A DNA stretch of 64,000 bases, from the NCBI GenBank assembly GCA_028534125.1, contig CM052817.1:49292001-49356000 (forward strand), written 5' to 3'. The position numbers and the translations under genes were made by a program. The notes under the pieces were generated by a model. The model did no database searches. It was not told the DNA's origin and saw only the letters and a program-made list of their open reading frames with translations. Origin of the DNA: Lama glama. Its lineage: Eukaryota. Position 1 is the stretch's first letter; the number at the start of each line of letters is the position of its first letter. Below are positions 1 to 12,700 of the stretch, piece after piece.

Positions 1-384
1 GGTCAAAACCCTATAGTGCAATAAAGACATATTTTGGGAGATGCTCATTTCGACCAGGCAGAATTATACAACTTCACATTCAACTTCAAAGTATGTGAAC
101 GCAAAAATCCGCAGTAAATCGATAATAAATGACAAAGTCATACATATGTATAATGTTCTAAATATGTAAGAAATCTTCAAATCATTCATTCCTCAAGAAA
201 TGCCCCAGTATAACATCAAATGTGGCACATGCCTTAGAAAATTTGGGAAATGCCTTTCCAAGTTTCGGATATTGTCTCACAATCTCTTCATGCAGATCAA
301 GCATTATTTTTTACCTCTCATACTATATTGTCTTCATTTCAATCCATTAAACATAACAGATTACTAACCTAGGAGTGCAGACTT

Positions 385-970
385 AAGGAAAAATGGTATT
401 TATATGAAAAAAGTGAAGCAACCATGTTTTCCTCAAATTCTACTCCTAGATTTATAACCAAGGAAAATAAGCACGTGTCCACATAAAACATATGCATGAT
501 TGCTCGTAGAGCATTATCCACAAGAGCCAATATGGAAACAATCCAAATGGTCATCAATGATGAGTGGATAAACAAAATGTAGTACAGCCAAACAAAGTAT
601 TACTCAGCAATAAAAAGTAAGGAAGTACTGATACACACTACCACAGGGATGAACCTTGAAAACACTATGCTAAGGGAAAGAAGGCAGCACAAAAGACCAC
701 GTAGTGCATACTTTCATTTACATTGAATGAAATGAGATTATTTGGAATAGTCAAATAAAGAAAGAAGTAGGTCAGTAGTTGTCAAGGGCTGGGAAAAGGG
801 AAAAATGGAGAATGACTACCAATGGATACGGGCTCTCTTTCAGGAGTAATAACAATTTGTAAAATATAGTAGTGGAGATGGTTTCACAACTTTATGAATA
901 TACTAAAAACTACTCAGTTGTGTATTTAAAAGGAAGAATTATACAATGTGTAAATTCTATCTCAAAAAGA
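385..970 (+). mobile_element. Old L1M(B/C)-type 3' end
   Basis: ..GCATTATCCACAAGAGCCAA..GGAAACAATCCAAATG..GATGAACCTTGAAAACACTATGCTAAG.. typical old L1 3' region. Boundaries approximate. Confidence 0.75.
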
Positions 971-2102
971 TGGTGTGAGAGTGAAGCATCACACAATGGG
1001 AATAAGATTATACCCAAGGCTGACACCAATAAGCCAATGAAATGGGATATGCACTGAGTATGAAACTGGACTTTGAATACCGCTGTCATTATCAGAATCA
1101 AATGCTTAAATTACTGAGATTCGCTTGTGATCTCTTACACAGATAGATTGTCCTGGTCAGTTCAAAATCCCTCACATTTGATAATCAGAACTCAAGCACA
1201 CTCAGAACATCAAGGAGAATATTCAAAAAGCCATGTGATGGGACAACATAAAGCTACAGAGTCTTCACATTAGTGATACTGAGTATGTATTTCAAAAGGA
1301 CGCCAAAACCCTGGATAAGCTTCCTTAAACCACAGTAATTGAACAGAATTCAGAAATGAAGCTCGGACTCCAAACAAAGGGAAGTGATTTACTTCTCAGT
1401 CACTACTTTCAGTTCTTAAGCTGTTAATAGTCACTACGTTACCATTCAGTTGAAAGAGACCCTTTTTTACTGTTAGTCGGCTAAATGTGTCAAAATACTA
1501 AATATTTCACCACCAGCTTAATACACACTGCTATATCTTCCCCAAAGAGGAGAAAAGGCTTGTCCAACAGGAACTTCCATTTTGTGTGGCAATGAGAAAA
1601 CTGTATTAAAAAATTTCCCTTTAATAATTCATTCCCGATATGATGTAATTAATTGTGACAGCACACTGGAAAACACTAGGGGAAAAGATGGATTCAGTAA
1701 AAAGTTGTTTTTGTTAAGAAACTAGAGGTTCTTGGAGCAACAAGGATGCAATAAATTGGAGAAGAGGGTCCTCAAGAAGAGGAGGAGACCCGACCATAGA
1801 AGTTTGAGGATCACTGCCTGAGTTTCTTGTTCCTGGCTCGGAGCAGGTGTCCTTGCTGAGCGCGGAGTGGGGCTCAGGCTTAGCTCAGGCAGAAGACTCT
1901 GCTGGCAGAGATGAAGCGGCAGGCTTTTGGCTTTGTTTCATGCTTAAATTGGTCTTTGGTTATTGATAATCTCACTATTTGTACTCTTGGGGAAAAGGTC
2001 GATGGATTTCACAGAGGTTTCTCATAGAAAAGAAGATGGTGAAACAATTCCCTTATAACATGTCAGCTTATTTCCTCTCTATCATCCTTCATTTTTATTC
2101 AG

Positions 2103-2251
2103 GAAAACCTACCACATTATGTGAGACTATGGGGAAAGCTGAAATGTGGTTGATTCGAACTTACTGGGATTTTGAATTTCCTCAACCGTACTTACCTAAT
2201 GTTGAATTTGTTGGAGGACTGCACTGCAAGCCTGCGAAGCCCCTACCGAAG
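2103..2251 (+). CDS. UGT2 gene A, exon 2 (149 bp)
   Basis: AG at 2101-2102, GT at 2252. Translates (G)[49 protein letters not shown]. 149 bp is the canonical UGT2 exon-2 size. Exon 1 lies upstream of the window. Subfamily (2A/2C-like) not resolved. Confidence 0.96.
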
Positions 2252-2602
2252 GTACTTGAATGTGCTGATTTTGCCTGTTTGAGAGTTTATCTGCTGAAAT
2301 GATTTCTAGCTCCTTATTGATAGTATTTGGTCTGCCAACTGAAAACACATGCACAGGAATTAGCGGCCATGACTCTCTTACACTAGTAGACTGCAATCAG
2401 CAGGTCAGTAGCCTTCCGTTTGTATTATGTGTTATTATCTGGTGAAGTAGTCCCCGTATTTCCTTTCCTTTTTCATACTTCATTAATTCTTTATGAACAT
2501 GTATATTCTTCAGAAATGATAAACTATTTCCCAGTATCTCAAGAATACTCTGCTGTCATTGAAAATAAATTTCCATGTTAAATCAATCCATCTATCAGAA
2601 TA

Positions 2603-2960
2603 GTATATGGTTAATTTTATGTGTCAGCTTCCCTGGGCCTGGGACCCAGCTATTTAGCCAAACATCACTCTGGAAGTTTCTGTGAGGGTGTTTTTGGCTG
2701 ACATTAACATTTAAATATGTGGACTTTGAGTAAAGTAAATTGCTCTGCATTTGTGGGTGAGCCTCATCCAATGAGTTGAAGAACTGAAAAGAAAAGACTG
2801 AACTCTCCCATGCAAAAAAGAGTTCTGCCAAGAGGGCCTTCAGACTTGACTTACAACAGGGACTCCTCCTTGAGTCTTCAGTCTGATGGCCTATTCTGTA
2901 GATGTTAAACTTGCTGGCCTCCTAATCATGTGAGTCAATTACTTAAAATAAAGCTCTTCC
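2603..2960 (+). mobile_element. MLT2-type (ERVL) solo LTR
   Basis: Starts ..ATGGTTAATTTTATGTGTCAGCTT; contains GACTTTGAGTAAAG..GTGGGTGAGCCTCATCCAAT and ATGTGAGTCAATTACTTAAAATAAA. Confidence 0.75.
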
Positions 2961-4022
2961 CTGTCTTCAATTTCAAACCTCATGCATGTTTTCCTTATCT
3001 TATTTGGTTGACTTAGCTTAGTTAGTAGCTAAGCATAGGATGAAAATTTTCTTTTTACTTCAGGAAGATTAAATATGCTATTTTTATTTTGGATCCCACG
3101 CCTAATTTTTCTATACTATTACTGTCGTTTGCAAAGCATGCATTACAGGAATTCCTACATTACTCACCTGGTCAGAAATTATATGGCTTCCTCAATCCTA
3201 AATGTGTTTGTAGAAACTTATCGAATGTATAAATGTGGCTAAATTAAAAACAAATTGAAATTCAGGAAACAGAACAAAGTAAATTGCACAAAAAGGATGT
3301 CATTATTCTGACCAGGATTCAGCAGAAAAATGAATGATAATCTTATTATCACCCAAGGCTAAATATGAAATGAAGCACCAGAACTATTTAACATGAAGCA
3401 GAAATCAGATATTCTTCATTCGGAGATTTGTGGAGAGGCTGCTGGAAGTCAATAGACAGTAACTAATACAGTCATTCACTTTACAAACAACAAGCTTAAA
3501 TAGAAATCTGACTCTGCCAGCTACTGCTTTATAGCCTTCAACAAATTATTTTACCTCTCTGAGGTAGCTTTCCCATCTGCAAATGTATACATATACCTTA
3601 AGACCACCATATATCTGAGTGTAATGACACATATAAAGAGCTCAACACATGGCAAATGATAACATGTAGCCAATGATTTGTAAACAGAGATACAAACACG
3701 CCTCAGAAATGTCTAGAACACACTAGTAGGGAGCCTCCAGTTTAAACTATTTTTAAAATCTTTTATCTCACATAATTTTTAAAGGTTGCTTTCCATTTGC
3801 AGTTCTTACAAAATATTGACTATCTCCCCCATGTTTTACAATTAAATCATTCTTAATCTACCTAATAACCAAGGATTTCAGGTCCTATGTTTCATACTCT
3901 GAAATGGTTAACATATGAAAAGGCAGAAACTTTCTAATAATTCAGACACATTGAAAAAGTGTGTGGCTAACTTATTTTTGTAAGTGTAAACTTTCATATT
4001 ACAAAGACTGCTTTCCTCACAG

Positions 4023-4154
4023 GAGTTAGAAGAGTTTGTCCAAAGCTCTGGAGAAGATGGAGTTGTGGTGTTCACTCTGGGGTCAATGATCAGAAACCTC
4101 ACAGAAGAAAAGGCTAATATGGTTGCATCAGCTCTTGCCCAGATTCCACAGAAG
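4023..4154 (+). CDS. UGT2 gene A, exon 3 (132 bp)
   Basis: AG 4021-4022, GT 4155. [44 protein letters not shown]; canonical size, open frame. Confidence 0.96.
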
Positions 4155-5469
4155 GTCAGATAAAGTTATTTTTGGAAGAGCAGCTGTTTTAAAATCTATG
4201 AGGATCTCCTTAAATATGCACTTTAAAAATGTAAGAAAAGCTACTGATACTAGTATATATTTCACTGAAGTGTAAAGAAAAAATATTAAATGTTACAAGA
4301 AGATACTTTGTAGCTACTTTGCTTTAAATGTGGCATTACTGACAGGAAGACATATTGCCGTATTTTCTTTATGTAATGGGATAAAACTAAATCACTCCCG
4401 ATCTTAAACAATAGGTCAGCTGTTTGCCTAGGTTTTAAGGTTTCCATGAAATCTAACCTCTTTCTGTGTTATTTGTTTTTTAAATCTGTGGCATATACAC
4501 AAGGTACAACTAACATGTCAGAGAACACAGGACGAGACACTCAAAATTATACCATTGATTCACAGGCTGCCTCGGAAGTATATTTCCTTTTAATTAATTG
4601 TTTGGGTCCTTGAACTGACAGCTTAGATTCCAGGAAAACTCCTAAATAGTGATTCTTCTATGTAAACAGTTAAAGATTTAAGTAATACTGTGAAAGATTT
4701 ATGCAGTTCACTCTATGGCATTCCCACAAACTATGCATTTTTTTTTTATTGATACCATCCTAGGTTATAACTGAGTGATTGTGTTCTTAATTTGCCAGGG
4801 ACACTTTTTACCTTGTAGCTTTAGATAAAATAGCTAAAATTATATTCAATTTTAAGTTCGAAACATCATGACAAGTCTTGTGCACATAACCAAATTACTT
4901 TCAAAAATCATTTGTGGAAGCAATATCCATTTAAACATCTCATCTAAGTGGCATCTTCATAAAAATATTAAATTGTCAACTGTATTAAAATACAGTGCTT
5001 AAGGGTCACATCAAGGTAGATTCAGAAGCACCAAGAAATTGTCTGAAGGAACTGTGATGGAAATACGGACTCCATCTGAGCACTTGAATTTTTCAGTGGA
5101 GAACTTGACTAGTAATTTGTGGTTAATTTTTTTTTTTTGTTTAATCAGATTCAGCCCTTTAACTTCGCAGCAAGTTGAAAGTCTCCCTCACCCAGCCCCA
5201 TGGCAGCCAACATGTTTTATTTCTGGTGTGATTTGGTGGAGCTGTGCTGGGAAGTAATGACCTTAATCTCCAACTTTTGTTTCTGCACTCTGATTGATGA
5301 TTGATGCTTTTGACACTGGCCTGTAGGCACAGTTGGCCACAGTTGTTTCAACATCGATTAGCAGAAGTTTCCAGGGATTTTAAAGGATGAGCACTATCGT
5401 TTTTCCTTTTTTTCTCTGTTTGGGAGTCAGACAATGAGCAATGGGGCCATTTTTTTGAAACTTCACATA

Positions 5470-6900
5470 CAGTGAAATTTAGAAAGCTATGTGTTATGTC
5501 CAGAGAAAGCCACAGGCTGACGAAAGACCTGTGAAGACCTAAAGCTTTTACCTCAGACTGATTCCTGGCAAAGAGAAACTCTTCAACAATTAAAAAAAAA
5601 AATAAATGAAACCATAAGAAGGGGAAACTGATTTCTGGAGTTAGAACATTCTAAAAATTCAAATGTACAGTTCTCAGCAAATGTCACAAGGCATACATAG
5701 GCGAAAAGATGGTCCAATCAAAGGAACAAAATAGACAGAAACAGTTAGCGAAGGAGCGTGGATTTTGGAATTACCAGAAAAAGACTTTAAAAGCACTGTC
5801 TTAAAAATTCACAAAGAACCACAGGAAGACGATTATAAAGAGAACAAATGACATAGATGAGATATAAACAATTGATAAGGAGAAATAAATTCTTTTAAAA
5901 GAGTCAAGAGGAAATTCTTGAGCTAACACTTTCAATAATTAAAATGAAAATTTTACCTCAGTGGTTCCAAACCAGACATGAGCAAGGAGAAGAACCAGCA
6001 AAATGAAAACAGGGTGACTGAAATTAGCAAATTCAAAGAACAGAAAGAGAAACAAATGCAGCTAAATGAGCAAAGCCCAAGGGACTTGTGGGACACCATC
6101 CTGTGCATGAGCAGACACATGCTGGGAGTCCCAGAGAGAGAGAAATGGGCAGGAAAGATATTTAAAGCAATAATGTCTCAAAATACACTGCTTTTAATGA
6201 AAGACATAAATCCAAGAAGCTTAGTGAACTACAGGCGGGATAAAGTCAAAGAGAGCTACACAAAGACGTATTAGAATCAAGCTGCTGAATGACAAAGACA
6301 ATGAGGAAAGCTTCAAAGGAGCAAGAAAGAGGAAAATCATCACATAAAAGTTAGCTTGAGTAAAATAATCAGCCAATTCTCATTAGAAACCTTGGAGGCC
6401 CGAAGGCAGTGGGTTGATAAATTCAAAGTCTTTAAGACAAAATTGTTAACTGAGAGTTTTATCAGGCAAAATGTCCTTCGACAATGAGGTAGAAACGAAG
6501 GCACTCCCTATGAACAAAAGACAAAGGGCGTGAACAGCACTAGACTTTTCCTGTAAAAACGCAAAAGAGACTCTTTCTGGTTGAAATGAAAGGCTGCTGG
6601 ACATTAATAAAAAATCATACGATGAAATAAAGATCTGCAGTAAGGGTAAAAACAAAAGCAATCATAAAAGCTACTATTATTCTAATTTTGGTTATAATTC
6701 TGATTTATTTTTCCCAGTAGCTTTAAAAAATTCATAAAAAAATTATTAATTCAGGTAACTAGGAACACAGTGTACAAGTACGTAGACATCAATAACAGAA
6801 AGGCAGGTGGCAATATACAGGAGCAGAGTTTTTGTTCACTTTGAAGTTAGCGATAAATAGGTCAAAAAATAAATTACAAGAGCATTAGAAAATATTTTTA
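5470..6900 (+). mobile_element. Old L1M ORF1 region, degraded
   Basis: ORF 5978-6274 contains EQSPRDLWDTI..LGVPERE (L1 ORF1-like); downstream GAAACCTTGGAGGCCCGAAGGCAGTGGG motif. Confidence 0.75.
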
Positions 6901-6957
6901 AATGAATGCAAATACAAATCAAAGTAAGAGATGCAGAGGAACTAGGGCTAACAGGGA

Positions 6958-7178
6958 ATTTTTTTTATTCGAGTTAATTTATAATAGTATGCTAGTTTCA
7001 GGTACACAGCAAAGTGATTCAGTTATACATACATATGTATATATCTATAGTCTTTTCCAATTCTTGTTTACTGCAAAATATTGAATACACGGCTCCCTGT
7101 ACTATAGAGTAAATCCTGGTTATTCATCTGTTTTACATATGGCAGTGTGCATCTGTTAAACCCACACTCCCAATTTAT
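6958..7178 (-). mobile_element. L1 3' end running into the assembly gap
   Basis: T-tract then TAGTTTCAGGTACACAGCAAAGTGATTCAGTTATACAT..CTCCCTGTACTATAGAGTA. Confidence 0.75.
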
Positions 7179-7678
7179 NNNNNNNNNNNNNNNNNNNNNN
7201 NNNNNNNNNNNNNNNNNNNNNNNNNNNNNNNNNNNNNNNNNNNNNNNNNNNNNNNNNNNNNNNNNNNNNNNNNNNNNNNNNNNNNNNNNNNNNNNNNNNN
7301 NNNNNNNNNNNNNNNNNNNNNNNNNNNNNNNNNNNNNNNNNNNNNNNNNNNNNNNNNNNNNNNNNNNNNNNNNNNNNNNNNNNNNNNNNNNNNNNNNNNN
7401 NNNNNNNNNNNNNNNNNNNNNNNNNNNNNNNNNNNNNNNNNNNNNNNNNNNNNNNNNNNNNNNNNNNNNNNNNNNNNNNNNNNNNNNNNNNNNNNNNNNN
7501 NNNNNNNNNNNNNNNNNNNNNNNNNNNNNNNNNNNNNNNNNNNNNNNNNNNNNNNNNNNNNNNNNNNNNNNNNNNNNNNNNNNNNNNNNNNNNNNNNNNN
7601 NNNNNNNNNNNNNNNNNNNNNNNNNNNNNNNNNNNNNNNNNNNNNNNNNNNNNNNNNNNNNNNNNNNNNNNNNNNNNN
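7179..7678. other. Assembly gap (500 N)
   Basis: Run of N, same length as the second gap, so probably a placeholder size. Confidence 0.99.
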
Positions 7679-9221
7679 AAAAAAGAAACTATATCAAAAT
7701 GATAATACTTGCCAGGCTTTGGATAAATACTTTTAATATCAGATAAATTCTTAACTAAAAATTTCATAGACATCTATGAATAAATATTGACATTAGAGAC
7801 TAAAATAATTATTTTTAAACTATTTCCAATTTTGGCCAATATTGAATGACTTTTCTCTAGGAAGCCACTTCTCAACTTTACATTTCTCTCTTCTATATCA
7901 CAGCTCAATTTTTTTTGATGTATAATCATTATAACATTATCAAGGCTTACAGCATACACATATTGTCTATGATCACACTTCCCAATACATTTTAGCCCTA
8001 GTTTTGTATTTATATGGATTTAATGACGCACCGTTTGTTTTAGTACAGTCTTTCTATACCTGTCAGGTTTTGTTCATACTAATTTTTCATCTGACAAATA
8101 CTTTATTTCTATTTTTGGAGCTTCTGTTGCTGTTGTTTCCTTGTTCCCTGAGATATAGGCAGATGTACTTATTCCTTAAATTCTTGTGTATTAACAAAGC
8201 CCTGCCTTATTTTTCTTATACCAAAGGGCGACAGGGCTTTGTATAAGATTTTTGTTTTTTTGGATCACAATTCTCCTCAGAACTTTCTACATGCTGTTTC
8301 ATCATTTTCTGCAATTTAATGATTTTTAATTTAAATGATCATGGCACTTGAGTGTGGAAGAATCACCTGCTAACTTCACCCCCTTCACATATCCAAGAAA
8401 ATGTTTCATCTAGGTCAGCCACCCAAAACCTCAAAACAAAACACTGGCCTGGTCTTTTGTCCCTTGACAGAAGGTAGAGGGTTCGTGTTCTGGCTCTTGC
8501 CATTTCCCATCTCACCACTGGCGCTTGCATCCCTCTGTAGCCTGAAGCAAAGATTCCAGCATCTACTCATTCTAGAGCCCTACTTCTTGCCCACAGGGTG
8601 ACATTAAGTTTTCTGTTTTCATCTGAAATGTCAGGGCCATGAAGATCATGGAGGGAAACCATTACCTGATGCTGTTGAACACGAGCTTCTTGTTAACACC
8701 CGCACTCCAGACCAAACCCAGGGAGGGTGGAGGGGTGGGGGAAGGGTTCCTCTCTCACAGACCTGCCCTCAGTGCTGCATCCTGTCACTATCATGTTCGC
8801 AATACCACCCTCTCCAAATGGAAGCAAAATGCTGTTTTATCAACCTACATAGTCTACATTCGTATTCTGAATTTTTTAAATGCTATTTCCAATAGAAATT
8901 CTTTTTTCCCCTACTCCAATTGTTAATTATGCTATGAAACATGCAACAAATTCCAGTTGATAGACTATTACATTGAAATATCTCTAGAGGAAAGAAATTT
9001 TCTTATGTTTTCAGTGCTCTGGGTAATGTCACTTATGACATAATTTATTGTGTAATTATATAATACACTTTTTAAGTATAGTTGATTTACAACATTGTAT
9101 TCATTATACATATATATTTACATATAGTCTCTTTTTTGATTCCTTAATATATAACATAATTTTAGGTGTGTCATGTCCTTAATGAATTTTTCAAGTTGCT
9201 ATCTATATATTCAATCCTCAG

Positions 9222-9501
9222 CTATAAAGAGAATGCTATGAAGTTATCAAGAATCCACCACGATCAGCCAGTGAAGCCCCTGGACCGAGCAGTCTTCTGG
9301 ATCGAGTTTGTCATGCGTCACAAAGGAGCCAAGCACCTGCGGCCAGCCCTCCACGACCTCACCTGGTACCAGAACCACTGTCTGGATGTGATTGGGTTCC
9401 TGCTGGCCTGTGTGGCAACTGCTGTGTTTGTTATCACAAAATGTTGTCTGTTTTGTTGCCTGAAGTTTGGTAAAACCACAAAGAAGAAAAAGAGAGAGTA
9501 G
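9222..9501 (+). CDS. UGT2 gene A, exon 6 (terminal coding exon, 280 bp)
   Basis: AG 9220-9221. [41 protein letters not shown]...[42 protein letters not shown]: transmembrane helix plus dilysine ER-retrieval tail typical of UGTs. Confidence 0.96.
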
Positions 9502-9707
9502 GGTTTTTTATTAACGATTTGACTGGAAACCGCGTAGGGTCCATCCGAATTAATCCAGCTACTGATTTGAACAGATTCCTCTCCTGCTCTTCTGGGTTCT
9601 TGTCCATTCCTCAGCTTATCAAGTCAACTGCCCAAGACAACACGAAAATGTGCCACATGATTTAGCACTAATGTTTAAAATAATCTATTCGTTGAAAAGA
9701 GAAGATA

Positions 9708-9713
9708 AATAAA
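9708..9713 (+). terminator. Candidate poly(A) signal of gene A
   Basis: First AATAAA I see downstream of the stop (about 205 bp). Position only; region is AT-rich. Confidence 0.35.
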
Positions 9714-12700
9714 CACATGGATGTTGCTACCATTAAGACTCAGTGCTTTACTTCATTCACTGCTTTCAGCTGAACCAATTGAGATGCTCTTTGAGGCCTT
9801 GGGAACATAATGATTAATTCTAATCTCAGTATTAATCATATTGAAGATTTTCTAAATATGTAACATCATCCTGGGCCGAGTACGTTATAGTTCTTGCATG
9901 TTCTCTAAAGGAACCAGGCAAGAGTAGTGCAGAGCACACTCAGCCAGAGCTTCCCTTCAGGTCAGGGAGATCAGGAGGCTGTCAGGGTTTCTCCTCTGCC
10001 GTAAAGCACACTTGATACCATCAATTTCCTTTCATATGACACATCAGATTTTGTCCCCCCATAAAAAAACACTCTTTTTTGTCTTTGATTTAAAGATTTC
10101 CCTTCATTTGGATACTAAAAGTGACAGTACTTCATGTGTGTTGTAATACTTTGTAGCTTCAGACTAGCTGATTTTCATAAGTTAGCGTGGCTGATGGTGT
10201 GGTGGAGCACCCACCCTTTTAAAGTAACTAAAAATCTACTTGATTCTCTCCTACTCCAATTTTACTTACAATATAAATATTTGTAAAGAAGAAACAAACT
10301 ACTTAGATAGAGCTGTGAGGAAATGCATTTCTCAGAAACGCTCTTTCCTATGGGGGTGATCTCTCCAACTAATCACAAACTCGGTGAATTTCTTCGTTTC
10401 TTATTTTTCTTTTACCCCATCACTTCTCCTGGTCCTCTCATAAACTGCACTGAGACCACTATGCCAAAGCACAAGTACTTAGGCTTCTTATTAGCTCGAA
10501 TCTGTCAGAATCTACAGTAACATGAACACAGTTTGTATTTTAAAAAATAAAGATGTCTTTTACTTTCTTTTCTAAAAAGAATTCAGCTCAGTCTAACTCT
10601 GGTGGCCTTACCTAGTAACCAAGCTCTTTAAATGATTACTACAGACTTTGATATTTATAACCCAAACTTGAGAGACCTAAAATTACAGCTCTATCTTAGA
10701 ACAAATACAAATCGTTCAGGCTGTTATAGGTTTTTGACAGTAATAATGGCACAAAAAATAGCAAGTTAATCATAAACTTATTCTTAGATGGGGAATTAAC
10801 TATGAAGAGATATAGGGGAAAAGATATATTCTCAATTTTATGAGGTTTTGAAATAATTAAATAATTATACTGCATAAAGTTTTCAAAGTGTAAGCATTAA
10901 TGCTATTTGTTTTCAGATCTAAATCATGTAATCAAAGCAATAATTTACCACAGTGCTAAATCATTTACTTTGGCAATAAGATAATTTTTTTCTGAAGTAA
11001 TCTTAAAAATCATAGTTTAATCTTTAGTCATTTTATATTAAAGTCACTTTTTCATTATTATAAAATGATGTAACTTAGTAAGTTTAAGTAAACTCAAGGT
11101 TTGTATACCTTGTTAGAAATTTCTGAGTTTATTCAGAAGAACGACCCTGACAAATAAGTAAGTATATTCTATCTTGTAGACACCAAAGCCTTTCTTAAAC
11201 ACAAATGTTACTTATTTAAATCATTTATGAGTGATCATATTAAATATTATTAACAATTTGTAATAATTTTTGGAATGCAGAGGCTAAACATTAATATGTT
11301 GTATTTTCCAGTTTAAGTTTTAATAAAAACAGATTTTTCTGAAGTTTTATGACCTCTGGGTTTCCTAGTCAGTTAAAATATTATATTTTAAAGTACCTTA
11401 TTTTAAAACTATTTACAATTCATATGTGACAATATTTTGAAATTCTGCTCAAGTTTCTTCTGGATCACAACTTACTTGAAAATGCTGATAGGTAGGCGGA
11501 AATATTTTGTACATGTGTACATGCATGTATATGTGAATACAAATCAAGTCCTATATGTTATAAATAAAAAATGATTCATATTATTGCATGCTTTGATTTT
11601 TAAACTTGCTTGCCTTTTACTCTGAGGGAAGTATTGGTTTCTATTATGTTCTACAAATTTTACCAAAAATAATGATTCACCCGCAGGCTCAGATTTACTA
11701 TGCTCCCTAAATTAGTGGAAATACAAATTTAAAATAACTATGATATTTTAAAAGGTAATACAGTTGAGACTTAGAAGAATATGCTGCCTAAGGAACAGAG
11801 AACACTTAACTTCTGCAATACACACTGAATCGCCACCTACCTTCTGCTTCTCAACTGTGTTTTCTCCCCAGGCTCTTCTTTTCTGAATCCCACTCTGATT
11901 TTACATTGTTCTCAATTCTGGCTCTAACCTTAGCCAAAGAGCCTGAGATCCTATCTCTCACTCTTAGTTCCTACCATTCATTTCCCCCAGACAGTCTTTC
12001 ATACCCTCAGATGGAATCCCCTCATATAAGATGTCAGCAATCCAAATGACACTATGACATGCAAGCACCTATCTTTCACCCTTAAAGCAATTGTCAGACG
12101 GTAAAATCATGACTCTTCCATGCAGGGAAGCCACCTCACTGTCCTGGACTACTTCTGCCCTGATTTACATGCTTCAATTTAGTTCCTATCTCCTTTCCAG
12201 GACTCCCAGACATAAAAGCTCATCATGCAGGTAATGATAGAGGAGATCCTAAAACTCATGGAGAGTTTTGGAATAAACTAGGTCTTTCTTCCTTTGTTGA
12301 TGTGTAACTGCTATTTCATCAATAATTACTAGGAACTGAGGGAGAATTCATTCTCCAGGTGTCACGATGGTATCATATTACTTGTGTGAGAGGTAGAAGA
12401 AATCTCTTCTGTTTTAGTTAGTGGCCAACTTCCATTTCAATCTTCACAAAATGCAATGCCATATCTCCGGAGAATTTTAAAATTATAAATGTGAATCCAC
12501 TCATCACTTTTATATGTTTACAAGGCCAGATGATAATGATGCTGTTCCCCAAATAGTTGCTACTCTTAGAGCCTCTAGAAGTCATAAATGTATTATCTGC
12601 CAATGATTATTAAAGAACAATTGCCCCACTACCCAATCATGCTCATCCTGGAAGGATTATGAATGTGGACTTGATCATGGACCTGTCCCTCATTCCTGGG

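Noticed and set aside
7147..7773. 199-205 aa ORFs spanning the first gap (and 193-218 aa ORFs at 45313-45969)
   Set aside because: They are open only because of the N runs.
8411..8445. TAG|GTCAGCCACCCAAAACC (LGQPPKT), resembling the start of UGT2 exon 5 (LGHPKT)
   Set aside because: Similarity stops after about 20 bp; no AFITHG..EAIYHG in any frame.
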